From NCBI GenBank assembly GCA_018262835.1, contig JADFDP010000003.1, positions 4,157 through 68,156 on the forward strand: a stretch of DNA of 64,000 nt, read 5' to 3'. Below, in pieces: positions 1 through 8,200 of this stretch. A program made the position numbers and the translations under genes. Every line of letters starts with the position of its first letter. Position 1 is the stretch's first letter. Below the pieces are notes generated by a model that saw nothing but the letters and a program-made list of their open reading frames with translations, ran no database searches and was not told the origin of the DNA. Source of the DNA: Candidatus Aminicenantes bacterium (GTDB taxonomy: Bacteria; Acidobacteriota; Aminicenantia; UBA2199).

Positions 1-173
1 GCCTGCTTATGGGTCAGCTTGGAGATGGCGAACCCGGCGTGGATAAGCACCCAATCCTTAAGCTTGACCTTGTCCAGCAGCATGATGCCGACTTCGCGTC
101 GCAGGCCGGCGCTCTCCACTATGGCCATGTCGCCTTTTATTTCGATCACTTTCATGGGAACGGCCAGGCACAT
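1..173 (-). CDS. hypC: Hydrogenase assembly chaperone HypC/HupF, truncated by window edge
   Basis: Not in ORF track because it runs off the edge. Minus-strand ATG at 173..171 reads MCLAVPMKVIEIKGDMAIVESAGLRREVGIMLLDKVKLKDWVLIHAGFAISKL. This is the canonical MCLxxP N-terminus of HypC. It starts 2 nt after the hypF stop. Confidence 0.85.
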   Translation of the reverse strand, partial: MCLAVPMKVIEIKGDMAIVESAGLRREVGIMLLDKVKLKDWVLIHAGFAISKLTHKQ

Positions 174-175
174 GT

Positions 176-2473
176 TTATAACTCCTTGCGGCATTTCATG
201 GCCGCCAGCACTGCCTGCCCCAGCGATATGCCGCCGTCGTTGGCCGGGACCTGGGTATGGTGCAGGACCTGGAAACGATTTTTAAGCAGCAGCTCCCTGC
301 TCATCTTGAGAAGCAGCGTATTCTGGAAAACGCCGCCGCTCAGAGCCGCTTTTCGCACTCCGGAAGCGCCGGCGCAATGGCTGGCCATGTCCAGCAGGCC
401 GTGGGCCAGGGTCTGGTGGAAACGGCAGGCTTTTTCAGCCCGGCTTTTTTTATCGGCCAGCATGGCCTCCAAGGCCAGCAGCATATTCAGGACCGGCATG
501 CCGCCTTTGTTTTCTATGGCGTACGGATAGGGCTGCTTTTGCGGCCGGGCTTTCTCGGCCTCGGCCTGCAGGAGCGAGGGCAGTTCGCCTTCATAAGAAT
601 TGGCATCGCCGAGGCCGAGCAGCGCGGCCACGCCGTCGAACAGCCGGCCGCAGCTGGTGGTCATGACGCCGCCCCGGCGCCGGTTCGCGGCTTCCAGGAC
701 CTGGTCGCCCTTGCGGCCGAATTTTCCGGCGAAACGCCCGGCCGCTTTTTCCGTGCCGAGGGCCAGTAGCAGGGAGATGGCCGTACGCCACGGTTCGCGC
801 GCGGCCGCGTCGCCTCCCGGGAGAAACATGGGCAGCAGGTGGCCGGCGCGCTCCAGGCCGTTCTTCAGGTCGCCGAGGAAAAATTCGCCGCCCCAGATCG
901 TGCCGTCGTCGCCGTAGCCGGTGCCGTCCAGGGCGATGCCCAGGACCTTGCCCGTTTCGCCGCTTTCGGCCAGCAGCGAAGCGACGTGGGCGCGGTGGTG
1001 CTGGACCTCGACGACCTTCGCCTTGGGGAAGGCCTCGGCCAGCAATCGGTTGGGGTAGGAGGGGTGCTTATCGACGGCGACGATCGCGGGGCTCAAGGAG
1101 AAGAGCTTCATGAAATGGAGAACGGCCCGCTTCTCGGCGGCCAGCGCCGTGTTGGATTCGGTGTCGCCGATGTGTGGGCCGACAAAGGCGCGCTCCTTGT
1201 CCAGCAGGCAGAAGGTGGTCTTGAGCATGCCGCCCAGACCCAGCACCGTCATGGGGCTGGAAAAGGGCATGGCGATCGGCAGCGGCACGAAGCCGCGGCT
1301 GCGACGGATGAAATAAGGCTTGTTTTCGACCACCTGCGTCACCGAGTCGTCGGCGAACGAGAGGATGGGCCGGTCATGGCTCAGGATGGCGTCGCAGAGC
1401 CTGGGAAGCTCCCTGGCCGCGTCGTCGAACAGGATGGGCTCGTCCGCGATATTGGCGCTGGTCATGACCAGCGGCTCGCCCATCTTCTCGATCAGCAGGC
1501 GGTGCAGGGGGGAGTAGGGGAGCATAAAGCCCAGGCGGTTCTGCCCAGGTGCCGACAGGCGGAGCAATTTGTCATTTGCTTTTGCCTTGAGCAGAACGAT
1601 GGGGGCCTGGGGGCTCTGCAGCAGTTCTTTTTCGGCCGCCGTAATGCGGCAGTGCCTTTGGATCATGGCCATGGTCGCCATCAGGGCGAAGGGCTTGTTC
1701 TCGCGCCCCTTGAAGCGCCGCAGCCGCTCCAGCGCCGCCCGGTTTCCTGCCTGGCAGGCCAGGTGAAAGCCGCCGATCCCCTTGATGGCCACGGCCATCC
1801 CTTTTTTTAACAGCTTTATCGCCTCTCCCGGCGCATTTGCTTTTGCGATTCTCCCTTTGGCCCGCAATTGCAGGCGTGGTCCGCAGTCGGGGCAGGAGAC
1901 GGGCTGGGCGTGGTAGCGGCGATCGCCCGGGTTCATGTACTCGCGGTGGCACTCGGGGCACATGGCGAATTTCTTCATCGTGGTCTTCGGCCGGTCGTAG
2001 GGGAGCCCCTCGATGATGGTGAAGCGCGGGCCGCAGTCGGTGCAATTGGTGAAGGGGTACTGGTACCGCCGGTCCCCGGGATCGTCCATCTCTTTCCTGC
2101 AGGCGGCGCAGAGGGCGATGTCTGGGGAGACCATGACATGTTTCTGCCCGCGGGCGTCGCTTTCCAGAATCTTAAATTCTTTGGAGTTCCTGGCCGGCAA
2201 TTCCTCGAGGCGCAGGGTTTCGATACGGCTCAAGGGCGGGGCGTGGCGCGTGATGTAGCGGATGAACTCGGGCAGCCGGCCGCCCTCCACTTCCAGGGTC
2301 ACGCCGGCGCCGGTGTTCTTGACGAAGCCCTTCAGCCCGAATTTCTCGGCCGTGCGGTAGAGAAAAGGCCGGAAGCCCACTCCCTGGACGATGCCCGAAA
2401 AATGCAGGCGCAGGCGGCCGCTTTTCTTTATGTCGGCCAGGCGGATTTCCGGGGATGTGTGTCGGGTTTCCAT
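176..2473 (-). CDS. hypF: [NiFe]-hydrogenase maturation carbamoyltransferase HypF
   Basis: 765 aa. Acylphosphatase-like N-terminus (GIVQGVGFRPF). Two zinc-finger motifs (CAACRKEMDDPGDRRYQYPFTNCTDCGPRF; CPECHREYMNPGDRRYHAQPVSCPDCGPRL). YrdC-like and Kae1-like C-terminal domains. Confidence 0.95.
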   Translation of the reverse strand: METRHTSPEIRLADIKKSGRLRLHFSGIVQGVGFRPFLYRTAEKFGLKGFVKNTGAGVTLEVEGGRLPEFIRYITRHAPPLSRIETLRLEELPARNSKEFKILESDARGQKHVMVSPDIALCAACRKEMDDPGDRRYQYPFTNCTDCGPRFTIIEGLPYDRPKTTMKKFAMCPECHREYMNPGDRRYHAQPVSCPDCGPRLQLRAKGRIAKANAPGEAIKLLKKGMAVAIKGIGGFHLACQAGNRAALERLRRFKGRENKPFALMATMAMIQRHCRITAAEKELLQSPQAPIVLLKAKANDKLLRLSAPGQNRLGFMLPYSPLHRLLIEKMGEPLVMTSANIADEPILFDDAARELPRLCDAILSHDRPILSFADDSVTQVVENKPYFIRRSRGFVPLPIAMPFSSPMTVLGLGGMLKTTFCLLDKERAFVGPHIGDTESNTALAAEKRAVLHFMKLFSLSPAIVAVDKHPSYPNRLLAEAFPKAKVVEVQHHRAHVASLLAESGETGKVLGIALDGTGYGDDGTIWGGEFFLGDLKNGLERAGHLLPMFLPGGDAAAREPWRTAISLLLALGTEKAAGRFAGKFGRKGDQVLEAANRRRGGVMTTSCGRLFDGVAALLGLGDANSYEGELPSLLQAEAEKARPQKQPYPYAIENKGGMPVLNMLLALEAMLADKKSRAEKACRFHQTLAHGLLDMASHCAGASGVRKAALSGGVFQNTLLLKMSRELLLKNRFQVLHHTQVPANDGGISLGQAVLAAMKCRKEL

Positions 2474-2603
2474 TTGTTACCAGAGCGGTTATTATACAGC
2501 AAAAGAGCTCCGGGCGGAAATCGTCGTTAAGCTGATTTTTAGATGAGGCAATAGAGCGCTTAATTGAACGCTGATTCCGTTACAAGTTTATTGAAAAAAT
2601 GGG

Positions 2604-2633
2604 TTGACATTATTACAACAAACACATTATAAT
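2604..2633 (+). promoter_or_regulatory. Sigma-70-like promoter for the DUF4143 ATPase gene
   Basis: TTGACA (2604-2609), 18-nt spacer, TATAAT (2628-2633). Confidence 0.55.
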
Positions 2634-2662
2634 GCCCTTACTTTATGACAAATAGGGGGCCG

Positions 2663-4021
2663 ATGTTTAAGCGTGCCATAAATGAGCAATTGAAATTATG
2701 GGCTGCATCGCCAGACAGGAAACCTCTGATTCTGAGAGGAGCCAGGCAAGTAGGCAAAACAACCGCGGTGGAAATGTTTGCCAAAGAATACGCTAATTAT
2801 ATCTACTTGAACCTGGAAAACCAAAAGGAAGCGGCATTGTTTTTAAAAAATCTCCCGGTTACAGATCTATACCAAGCCATCCTGCTGCAGAAAAACTTGG
2901 CACTCGAGTCTGGAAATGTTCTGTTGTTTATTGACGAAATTCAATTTTCTCCCGATGCGGTTCGCCTGCTGCGCTATTTTTATGAATCCCTGCCGGAGAT
3001 CCATGTGATTGCTGCCGGATCGCTTCTGGAAGTGATGGCCGAACAAAAAACAATCGATTTCCCGGTCGGGAGAGTGCAATTCCTTTTCATGTACCCGTTG
3101 ACTTTTGAGGAGTTTTTGCTGGCTATCGGCGAAACGCAAGCCCTGCAGGCACTGCAGGTAATTCCTTTGCCTGAATTTTCCCGGCAGCGACTCATGGAGT
3201 TGTTTCATGTTTATGCCCAGATCGGCGGTATGCCGGAAATCGTGGCCCGCTATGCTGAGAAAAAGGACATATCATCCCTGAAGCCTCACTATCAATCTCT
3301 GTTCACTGCCTTTCAGGATGATGCTGAAAAATATGCCCGCAACAACACCCTGAAGCACATCCTCAGGCACTGCATTGAATCGGCGCCCTTGGCATCCGGA
3401 GAACGGATATCGTTTGCCGGTTTTGGAAAATCCAACTATCGCTCACGAGAGGTCGGCGAAGCGTTGCGGACCTTGGAAAGAGCCATGATTGCATACTTGC
3501 TTTACCCCACGACCGCCTGGGAAATTCCCCTGCTTCCGGATTTAAAAAAATCGCCGCGCCTGCTTTTTTTTGATATCGGGCTGCTTAATTTTTCGGCGGG
3601 GCTGCAGGGTCATTTTTTCGAATATCCCGATTTGCATTCATTTTACCGGGGCAAATTGGCCGAACAAATTGTCGGCCAGGAATTGTTAGCCAGTGAAATG
3701 ACCATATTTAAAAAAACCGTATTTTGGGTTCGGGAAAAGAAGCAATCCAATGCTGAAATTGACTTCCTGTTTCCATACGATCGCCATGTTATTCCCCTTG
3801 AAGTGAAAGCGGGAGCAAGCGGTTCGCTGCGTTCCCTGCACCAATTCATGAATCTGAGCCGCTCCCCATATGCCGTTCGTCTCTATGCCGGCCGGCTGGA
3901 AATCACCACCATGACCACTCAGGAAGGAAAACAGTTTTTTCTTTTGAACCTTCCCTACTTTCTTACCGGAAAACTGCGGCAATATCTTGATTGGTTTCTG
4001 TCGGAAAAGCCAGAATCTTGA
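2663..4021 (+). CDS. AAA+ ATPase, AAA_14/DUF4143 family
   Basis: Walker A GARQVGKTT and Walker B LLFIDEIQ, with a DUF4143-like C-terminal half. Start moved to ATG 2663, which follows AGGGGG. ATG 2645 lies only about 5 nt after the predicted transcription start. The gene is visibly AT-richer than its neighbours. Confidence 0.85.
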   Translation: MFKRAINEQLKLWAASPDRKPLILRGARQVGKTTAVEMFAKEYANYIYLNLENQKEAALFLKNLPVTDLYQAILLQKNLALESGNVLLFIDEIQFSPDAVRLLRYFYESLPEIHVIAAGSLLEVMAEQKTIDFPVGRVQFLFMYPLTFEEFLLAIGETQALQALQVIPLPEFSRQRLMELFHVYAQIGGMPEIVARYAEKKDISSLKPHYQSLFTAFQDDAEKYARNNTLKHILRHCIESAPLASGERISFAGFGKSNYRSREVGEALRTLERAMIAYLLYPTTAWEIPLLPDLKKSPRLLFFDIGLLNFSAGLQGHFFEYPDLHSFYRGKLAEQIVGQELLASEMTIFKKTVFWVREKKQSNAEIDFLFPYDRHVIPLEVKAGASGSLRSLHQFMNLSRSPYAVRLYAGRLEITTMTTQEGKQFFLLNLPYFLTGKLRQYLDWFLSEKPES

Positions 4022-4191
4022 AGACCATGCAACTTAGCCAAATTATCATTTGAATGCATGGCGGAAAAAGAGGCGTTGTGAAAGATAGTGACGAGGGTGG
4101 AGAAAGAATTAAAAAAAATGGCTTTGCTGGGGTGAGGGGCGATGATGATTTCTGGAACCGTAGGTGAATTAACTTCAATTGTAGTAAGCGC

Positions 4192-4554
4192 TTATTCAAA
4201 AAATCTATTACCCTTTCCAATATTGCAATCCTTGTACTTGGTTTCTACGTTTTTCAGCTCCGCCTTTTGCATAGGGTATTTTATGATCTAATTCTAGTTC
4301 TACTCCCGGGCTCTATTGTTTCATTTTTTCAGTAATTCTTATTCCAGAATATTTATATCCGAGATTTGCAGGAATCAAAGCTTTCTCCCAACGCCAAACC
4401 TTTTACTTATGCTATGAACTTTCAACTTGGCGATTTTATTGAAATCTTGAGTTGTTAGAATATTTTTATTGACTAGAGAATCAACTCGTTTAATTTCAGT
4501 TATTATTTCTTCACGTGAACAATTTCTTTGCAGGGTGTTGGGTTCAAATTTCAT
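4192..4554 (-). pseudogene. Degraded small HNH homing-endonuclease-like gene (at least 2 frame disruptions)
   Basis: Minus strand from ATG 4554 reads MKFEPNTLQRNCSREEIITEIKRVDSLVNKNILTTQDFNKIAKLKVHSISKRFG, then a stop at 4375-4377. This is a homing-endonuclease-associated repeat pattern. Another frame continues WEKALIPANLGYKYSG. Then comes ELELDHKIPYAKGGAE, and after another shift NVETKYKDCNIGKGNR, giving an HNH motif split by a frameshift. Confidence 0.5.
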
Positions 4555-4750
4555 GGGATGCTAATTTGAGACTGAGAAACATGAAATTTCTTCAACAGAA
4601 ATATATGGCTGGGATATTTCAATGAAATCATTATTATTTTTTAGCATAATTAATAATATTGGTAATAGAATAATTGATTTCGAAAGGATTCAATTAACTG
4701 ATTGATCAAAAAGAAGCGGGAATAGCGTCGAGTATTGGGAATGAAGATAA

Positions 4751-4797
4751 GTAGGGGAGGGTTTCAAACCCTAGCAAGTTCCAATGACCCAAATAAA
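4751..4797. repeat. Fragment of the CA-arm repeat family (palindrome GGGTTTCAAACCC plus GTTCCAATGACCCAAA)
   Basis: GTAGGGGAGGGTTTCAAACCCTAGC resembles GTAGGGGTTCAATA...TATTGAACCCTTGC at 16680-16724. CCAATGACCCAAA matches the inner ends of the CA arms at 16646-16666 and 42384-42397. Confidence 0.4.
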
Positions 4798-4813
4798 AGT
4801 TCAACGGCACGGC

Positions 4814-5377
4814 CTATTCGCCACGTGGCTTCTTTGTCAAGAGCAGAATATTATCTATGACCTTCTTTAACCCTTCGTCCGTCGGCTGCCAGTGCAGCTT
4901 CCAGGAATAGATGTTGGCCGGCGCTGTCTCCAGCAAAACCGCGCAGCCGTCCATGCCGAAGAGGTCGTTCTCCGCCGGGATGCTTTTGAACTCTTCAGAA
5001 GTTATCAGTGTTTTGATTTGTGCCGTCTGTTCTTCGGAAAGTCGTGTTCGGACTGCTTCCACGCGATCGTGTGTTCCCGGATAAACGGTAAGTTGCCGGT
5101 GCGCCAGGTCAATCTCGACGGCTTGCTCGACGATGCCCATGGGTTGAACGAATAGCCGGACTCGGTCCTGGCTAAGCCGGTGCATATTTCTCTGTCGGCA
5201 ATAGGCCTCGATGATTTGGAGATGGAAGGTCATGAAGACCGGCTTGATATATGGAAAGATCAGCTCCGGCGGCCTTTGCTTAACGGCAGCTGTCTTGTTT
5301 ACTGCAAGCGGCGGAGGACACGCGCCACAGCCAAAAAGAACAATGGCAAACAACAGGACGAGCCGCACCGCCTTCAT
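4814..5377 (-). CDS. Putative lipoprotein, unknown function
   Basis: 187 aa. Signal peptide with lipobox-like LFGC. Its ATG overlaps the upstream gene's stop (ATGA on minus strand). Confidence 0.6.
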   Translation of the reverse strand: MKAVRLVLLFAIVLFGCGACPPPLAVNKTAAVKQRPPELIFPYIKPVFMTFHLQIIEAYCRQRNMHRLSQDRVRLFVQPMGIVEQAVEIDLAHRQLTVYPGTHDRVEAVRTRLSEEQTAQIKTLITSEEFKSIPAENDLFGMDGCAVLLETAPANIYSWKLHWQPTDEGLKKVIDNILLLTKKPRGE

Positions 5378-5763
5378 TTTATCTCCCTGTCAGCGAACCG
5401 TTTGCTTTTTTTGTTTTCAGAAACCCTGAATTTCACGATCTTGGCGACCAATGCCAGCGGCAGCGGCATGTCGATGGGAAACTGCACCGTGCCTTTGGAA
5501 GTTTTATATATCGACAATTCTTTTTTAAAAGCACGGACGCCGCTGGATGTGGGATAAAAACCGATATGTTTATTATAAGCGGCAAAATGAACCAAATTCC
5601 CTTTGAGAAAAAATGTTGGAATTTGATAACTGATCTTCTCCTCCGCTTCGGGCGCCGCGGCTTTTATCGCTGCCCGCAATCCATTGAGAATTGCCTGCAC
5701 CTCTTTGGGGAAGGTCATGATGTATTCATCGATCGAGTTAAAACTCTTTTTATTATTTTCCAT
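5374..5763 (-). CDS. DUF1801 (YdhG-like) domain protein
   Basis: MENNKKSFNSIDEYIMTFPKEVQAILNGLRAAIKAAAPEAEEKISYQIPTFFLKGNLVHFAAYNKHIGFYP is a typical DUF1801 pattern. The start is uncertain: ATG 5763 or GTG 5787. Confidence 0.7.
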   Translation of the reverse strand: MENNKKSFNSIDEYIMTFPKEVQAILNGLRAAIKAAAPEAEEKISYQIPTFFLKGNLVHFAAYNKHIGFYPTSSGVRAFKKELSIYKTSKGTVQFPIDMPLPLALVAKIVKFRVSENKKSKRFADREIK

Positions 5764-5817
5764 GATTTCTACTTTATTGCTTAACACATTTGCCTTGATA
5801 AATAAAGATTTTTACAG

Positions 5818-6022
5818 AAATTCCAAATCCCAAGCACTAAATCACAAACAAGCACCAAACACCAATCACCAAAACGATGAAAAGGTCCTAGGAAGGGCTT
5901 TTGTTTGGGACATTGGAATTTGGAACTTGGAATTTATTTGGAATTTGAGATTTGTGATTTGGAATTTACTTTCTTACTTGTTACGCGTTACGCGTCACGT
6001 GTCGCGTGTCACGATAGTTCGC
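5818..6022. repeat. Heptad-periodic hairpin element A: CA arm, loop, GT arm, plus ACGCGT-type heptad tail
   Basis: CA arm 5818-5875 (AAATTCC AAATCCC AAGCACT AAATCAC AAACAAG CACCAAA CACCAAT CACCAAA). GT arm 5903-5967 (..AATTTGG AACTTGG AATTTAT TTGGAAT TTGAGAT TTGTGAT TTGGAAT). Then ACTTTCTTAC, five heptads GYGTYRC (5978-6012) and GATAGTTCGC. Confidence 0.7.
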
Positions 6023-6933
6023 TTGAAATTCTCCGCAATGAACCGCCGCAGGTCCTCGGGCAGGGGCGAGGTGACGCGGATGCCGTTGCCGGTGAAGGGG
6101 TGGACGAATTCGATCTCGTAGGCGTGCAGGGCCAGGCGCGGCAGGTCCAGCTGCTTGCGGTTGCCGTATAAAATGTCGCCCAGGATCGGGTTGCCGAAAT
6201 AGGACAGGTGCACGCGCAACTGGTGGGTGCGTCCGGTGTGCGGCATCAGGCGCACATAGGTGAATTTTTCGAACTCGCGGATGACGGCAAAATCGGTGAC
6301 CGCTTCGCGCCCCCCCTCGCTGTCCTCGCCCACGACGGCGAAGCGGGCGCGGTTCTTGGTGCTGCGCGCCAGGGGCAGGTCGATGGTGCCGTTGCGGAAG
6401 CGCATCTGCCCTTTGACCAGCGCCAGGTAGGTTTTTTGCATTTCCCTCTCCTGGAACAGCTCCTGCATCCTTTCCAGCGCTTCCTCGCTCTTGGCCAGGA
6501 TCAGGACGCCGGAGGTGTCCTTGTCCAGCCGGTGCACGATGCCCGGGCGCTCCTGGTCGGCAAAGGCCGCGACCTGCGGGTAGTGGAAGCGGAAGATATC
6601 GAGCACGGTCTCCTGCTTTTCGCCGGCGCCGGGATGGACGGGCAGCCCGCTCGGCTTGTCGATGACCAGCAGCCATTCGTCTTCGAAAACTTTCTGCAAG
6701 GGCCGGGACGGCAGGTAAACGGTTTCCTCTTCACCGGTGATCTCCACCGTGATGCGGTCGCCGGGACAGATCTCCTGGCTTTTTCTGAGCAGGACGGCCC
6801 CGTTCAGTGTGACCTGCCGGTTCTTGATCAGCTTTTCGATGCGGCTGCGGGAAAGGGGCTGGAGGACGGCGGTCAGGTATTGGTCGATCCTTTCCCAGTA
6901 TTCCTTAACCCTGAACGTGAGTTTCTTTTTCAC
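5995..6933 (-). CDS. rluD: 23S rRNA pseudouridine synthase, RluA/RluD family
   Basis: 312 aa. S4-like N-terminus and catalytic HRLDKDTSGVLILAKS motif. The last ~9 codons lie inside the heptad tail of element A. Confidence 0.9.
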   Translation of the reverse strand: MKKKLTFRVKEYWERIDQYLTAVLQPLSRSRIEKLIKNRQVTLNGAVLLRKSQEICPGDRITVEITGEEETVYLPSRPLQKVFEDEWLLVIDKPSGLPVHPGAGEKQETVLDIFRFHYPQVAAFADQERPGIVHRLDKDTSGVLILAKSEEALERMQELFQEREMQKTYLALVKGQMRFRNGTIDLPLARSTKNRARFAVVGEDSEGGREAVTDFAVIREFEKFTYVRLMPHTGRTHQLRVHLSYFGNPILGDILYGNRKQLDLPRLALHAYEIEFVHPFTGNGIRVTSPLPEDLRRFIAENFKRTIVTRDT

Positions 6934-7723
6934 CTTTCTTCTTGAAGCCCTTGAGCAGGGCCAGGGCGGTGATGACGCCGACGACCGAGACCAGCTGCGG
7001 CAGGGAAAGGCTGGCCAGGGGATCTTCCATGCCCCCGAAGACGTAGCCGCGGTCGGAATCGCCGCGGAAGTACTCGACGACGAAACGGATCACGGAATAG
7101 TTCAGCATGTAGACGGCAATGACCTGGCCTTTGAATTTTCTTTTTTTGTACAGGGCCATCAGAAAAATAAAATTTCCCAGGTTGAGCGCGGCTTCAAAGA
7201 GCTGGGTGGGATAGAGGGGGATGTAGAGCGGCACGCCGGTCAGCGAGTTGGCTTTCAGGTTGGTGAAGGTGACGGCCAGCGGGAAGTGCGCGGCTTCGCG
7301 GCCCCAGCAGCAGCCGGCGGCGAAGCAGCCCAGGCGGCCGAAAAAATGGCCCAGGGCCAGCGCCGGGGCGGCGATATCGCCGAGTTGGCGGAAGCTGAGC
7401 TTGTGGCGGCGGATGAACCAGACGGCGAAGACCGCGCCGAAGATCAGGCCGCCGTAAAAGGTGCCGCCCGAGGTCAGCAGGTATTTGATCTCGCCCGGAA
7501 ATTTCAGGTAGTAGCCGAGGTTGGTGATTAGCAGCCAGAGCTTGGCCCCCAGCAGGCTGAGGAGCATGACATAGAAGACAAAATCGGTAAAAATCTTCAG
7601 GTCGATGCCCTCTTTCTTGGCCAGGCGGAAGCAGAGCAGCACCCCCAGCAGCACGCCAAAGGCGAACAGGAAGCCGTAGCTGGCGATGGTCAGCGGCCCG
7701 GCCTTGATCAGGATGGGGTGCAT
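6905..7723 (-). CDS. lgt: Prolipoprotein diacylglyceryl transferase
   Basis: Start set at MHPILIKAGPLTIASYGF. Contains the GRLGCFAAGCCWG motif and multiple transmembrane segments. Confidence 0.9.
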   Translation of the reverse strand: MHPILIKAGPLTIASYGFLFAFGVLLGVLLCFRLAKKEGIDLKIFTDFVFYVMLLSLLGAKLWLLITNLGYYLKFPGEIKYLLTSGGTFYGGLIFGAVFAVWFIRRHKLSFRQLGDIAAPALALGHFFGRLGCFAAGCCWGREAAHFPLAVTFTNLKANSLTGVPLYIPLYPTQLFEAALNLGNFIFLMALYKKRKFKGQVIAVYMLNYSVIRFVVEYFRGDSDRGYVFGGMEDPLASLSLPQLVSVVGVITALALLKGFKKKGEKETHVQG

Positions 7724-8196
7724 TTTCCCCTCCACATCGACAGGGCCAGCAGCAGCACGCCGATGGTGATGCAGCTGTCGGCGGCATTGAATGTCGGCCA
7801 ATGCCAGGACTTGATGTAGGCGTCAAGGAAATCGACCACGTAGCCCAGGCGCAGGCGGTCGGTGATGTTGCCCAGCGCCCCGCCCAGGATGAAGGCATAG
7901 GATGCCAGTTCCAGCCGCGCCCGCCGGTCGGCGCGCAGGAAAAAGAAGGCGACGATCAGCAGGGCGGTGATGGCCAGCGCCGTGATGAGCTTCGGGACCC
8001 AGCCGCCGTCATGGCCGGAGAAAAAGCCCCAGACCGCGCCGGAGTTGCGCACGTGCCAGAGGCGAAAAAACCCCTTGACCACGTCGCGCGTGGATTCGAG
8101 GGGAAGAAATTTGACGATCAGCCATTTGCTGAGCTGGTCGGCGGCGATAATGGCCAAAATGATGAGCAGATACGGCTTCTTGTTTTTCAGGTGCAC
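7708..8196 (-). CDS. lspA: Lipoprotein signal peptidase II
   Basis: GTG start at 8196, 7 nt after AAGGAG. Contains FNAADSCITIG and NSGAVWGFF motifs. Follows ileS by 4 nt. Confidence 0.9.
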   Translation of the reverse strand: MHLKNKKPYLLIILAIIAADQLSKWLIVKFLPLESTRDVVKGFFRLWHVRNSGAVWGFFSGHDGGWVPKLITALAITALLIVAFFFLRADRRARLELASYAFILGGALGNITDRLRLGYVVDFLDAYIKSWHWPTFNAADSCITIGVLLLALSMWRGKCTPS

Positions 8197-8200
8197 GAGG

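Noticed and set aside
9-2530. Several plus-strand ORFs (9-530, 839-1810, 1868-2530) opposite hypC/hypF
   Set aside because: They are antisense to genes with unambiguous HypC/HypF motifs and have Gly/Ala/Arg-biased composition.
3963-4220. 85-aa minus-strand ORF overlapping the end of the ATPase gene
   Set aside because: It begins inside the decayed HNH region and runs antisense into the ATPase gene. It has low-complexity Ser/Leu/Pro-rich sequence and no RBS.
5684-6121. ORF translating as ...WDIGIWNLEFIWNLRFVIWNL... (also 16713-17591, and the tail of 41835-42509)
   Set aside because: The peptide periodicity is simply the heptad DNA repeat read in frame. These ORFs span non-coding hairpin elements and overlap real genes on the other strand.
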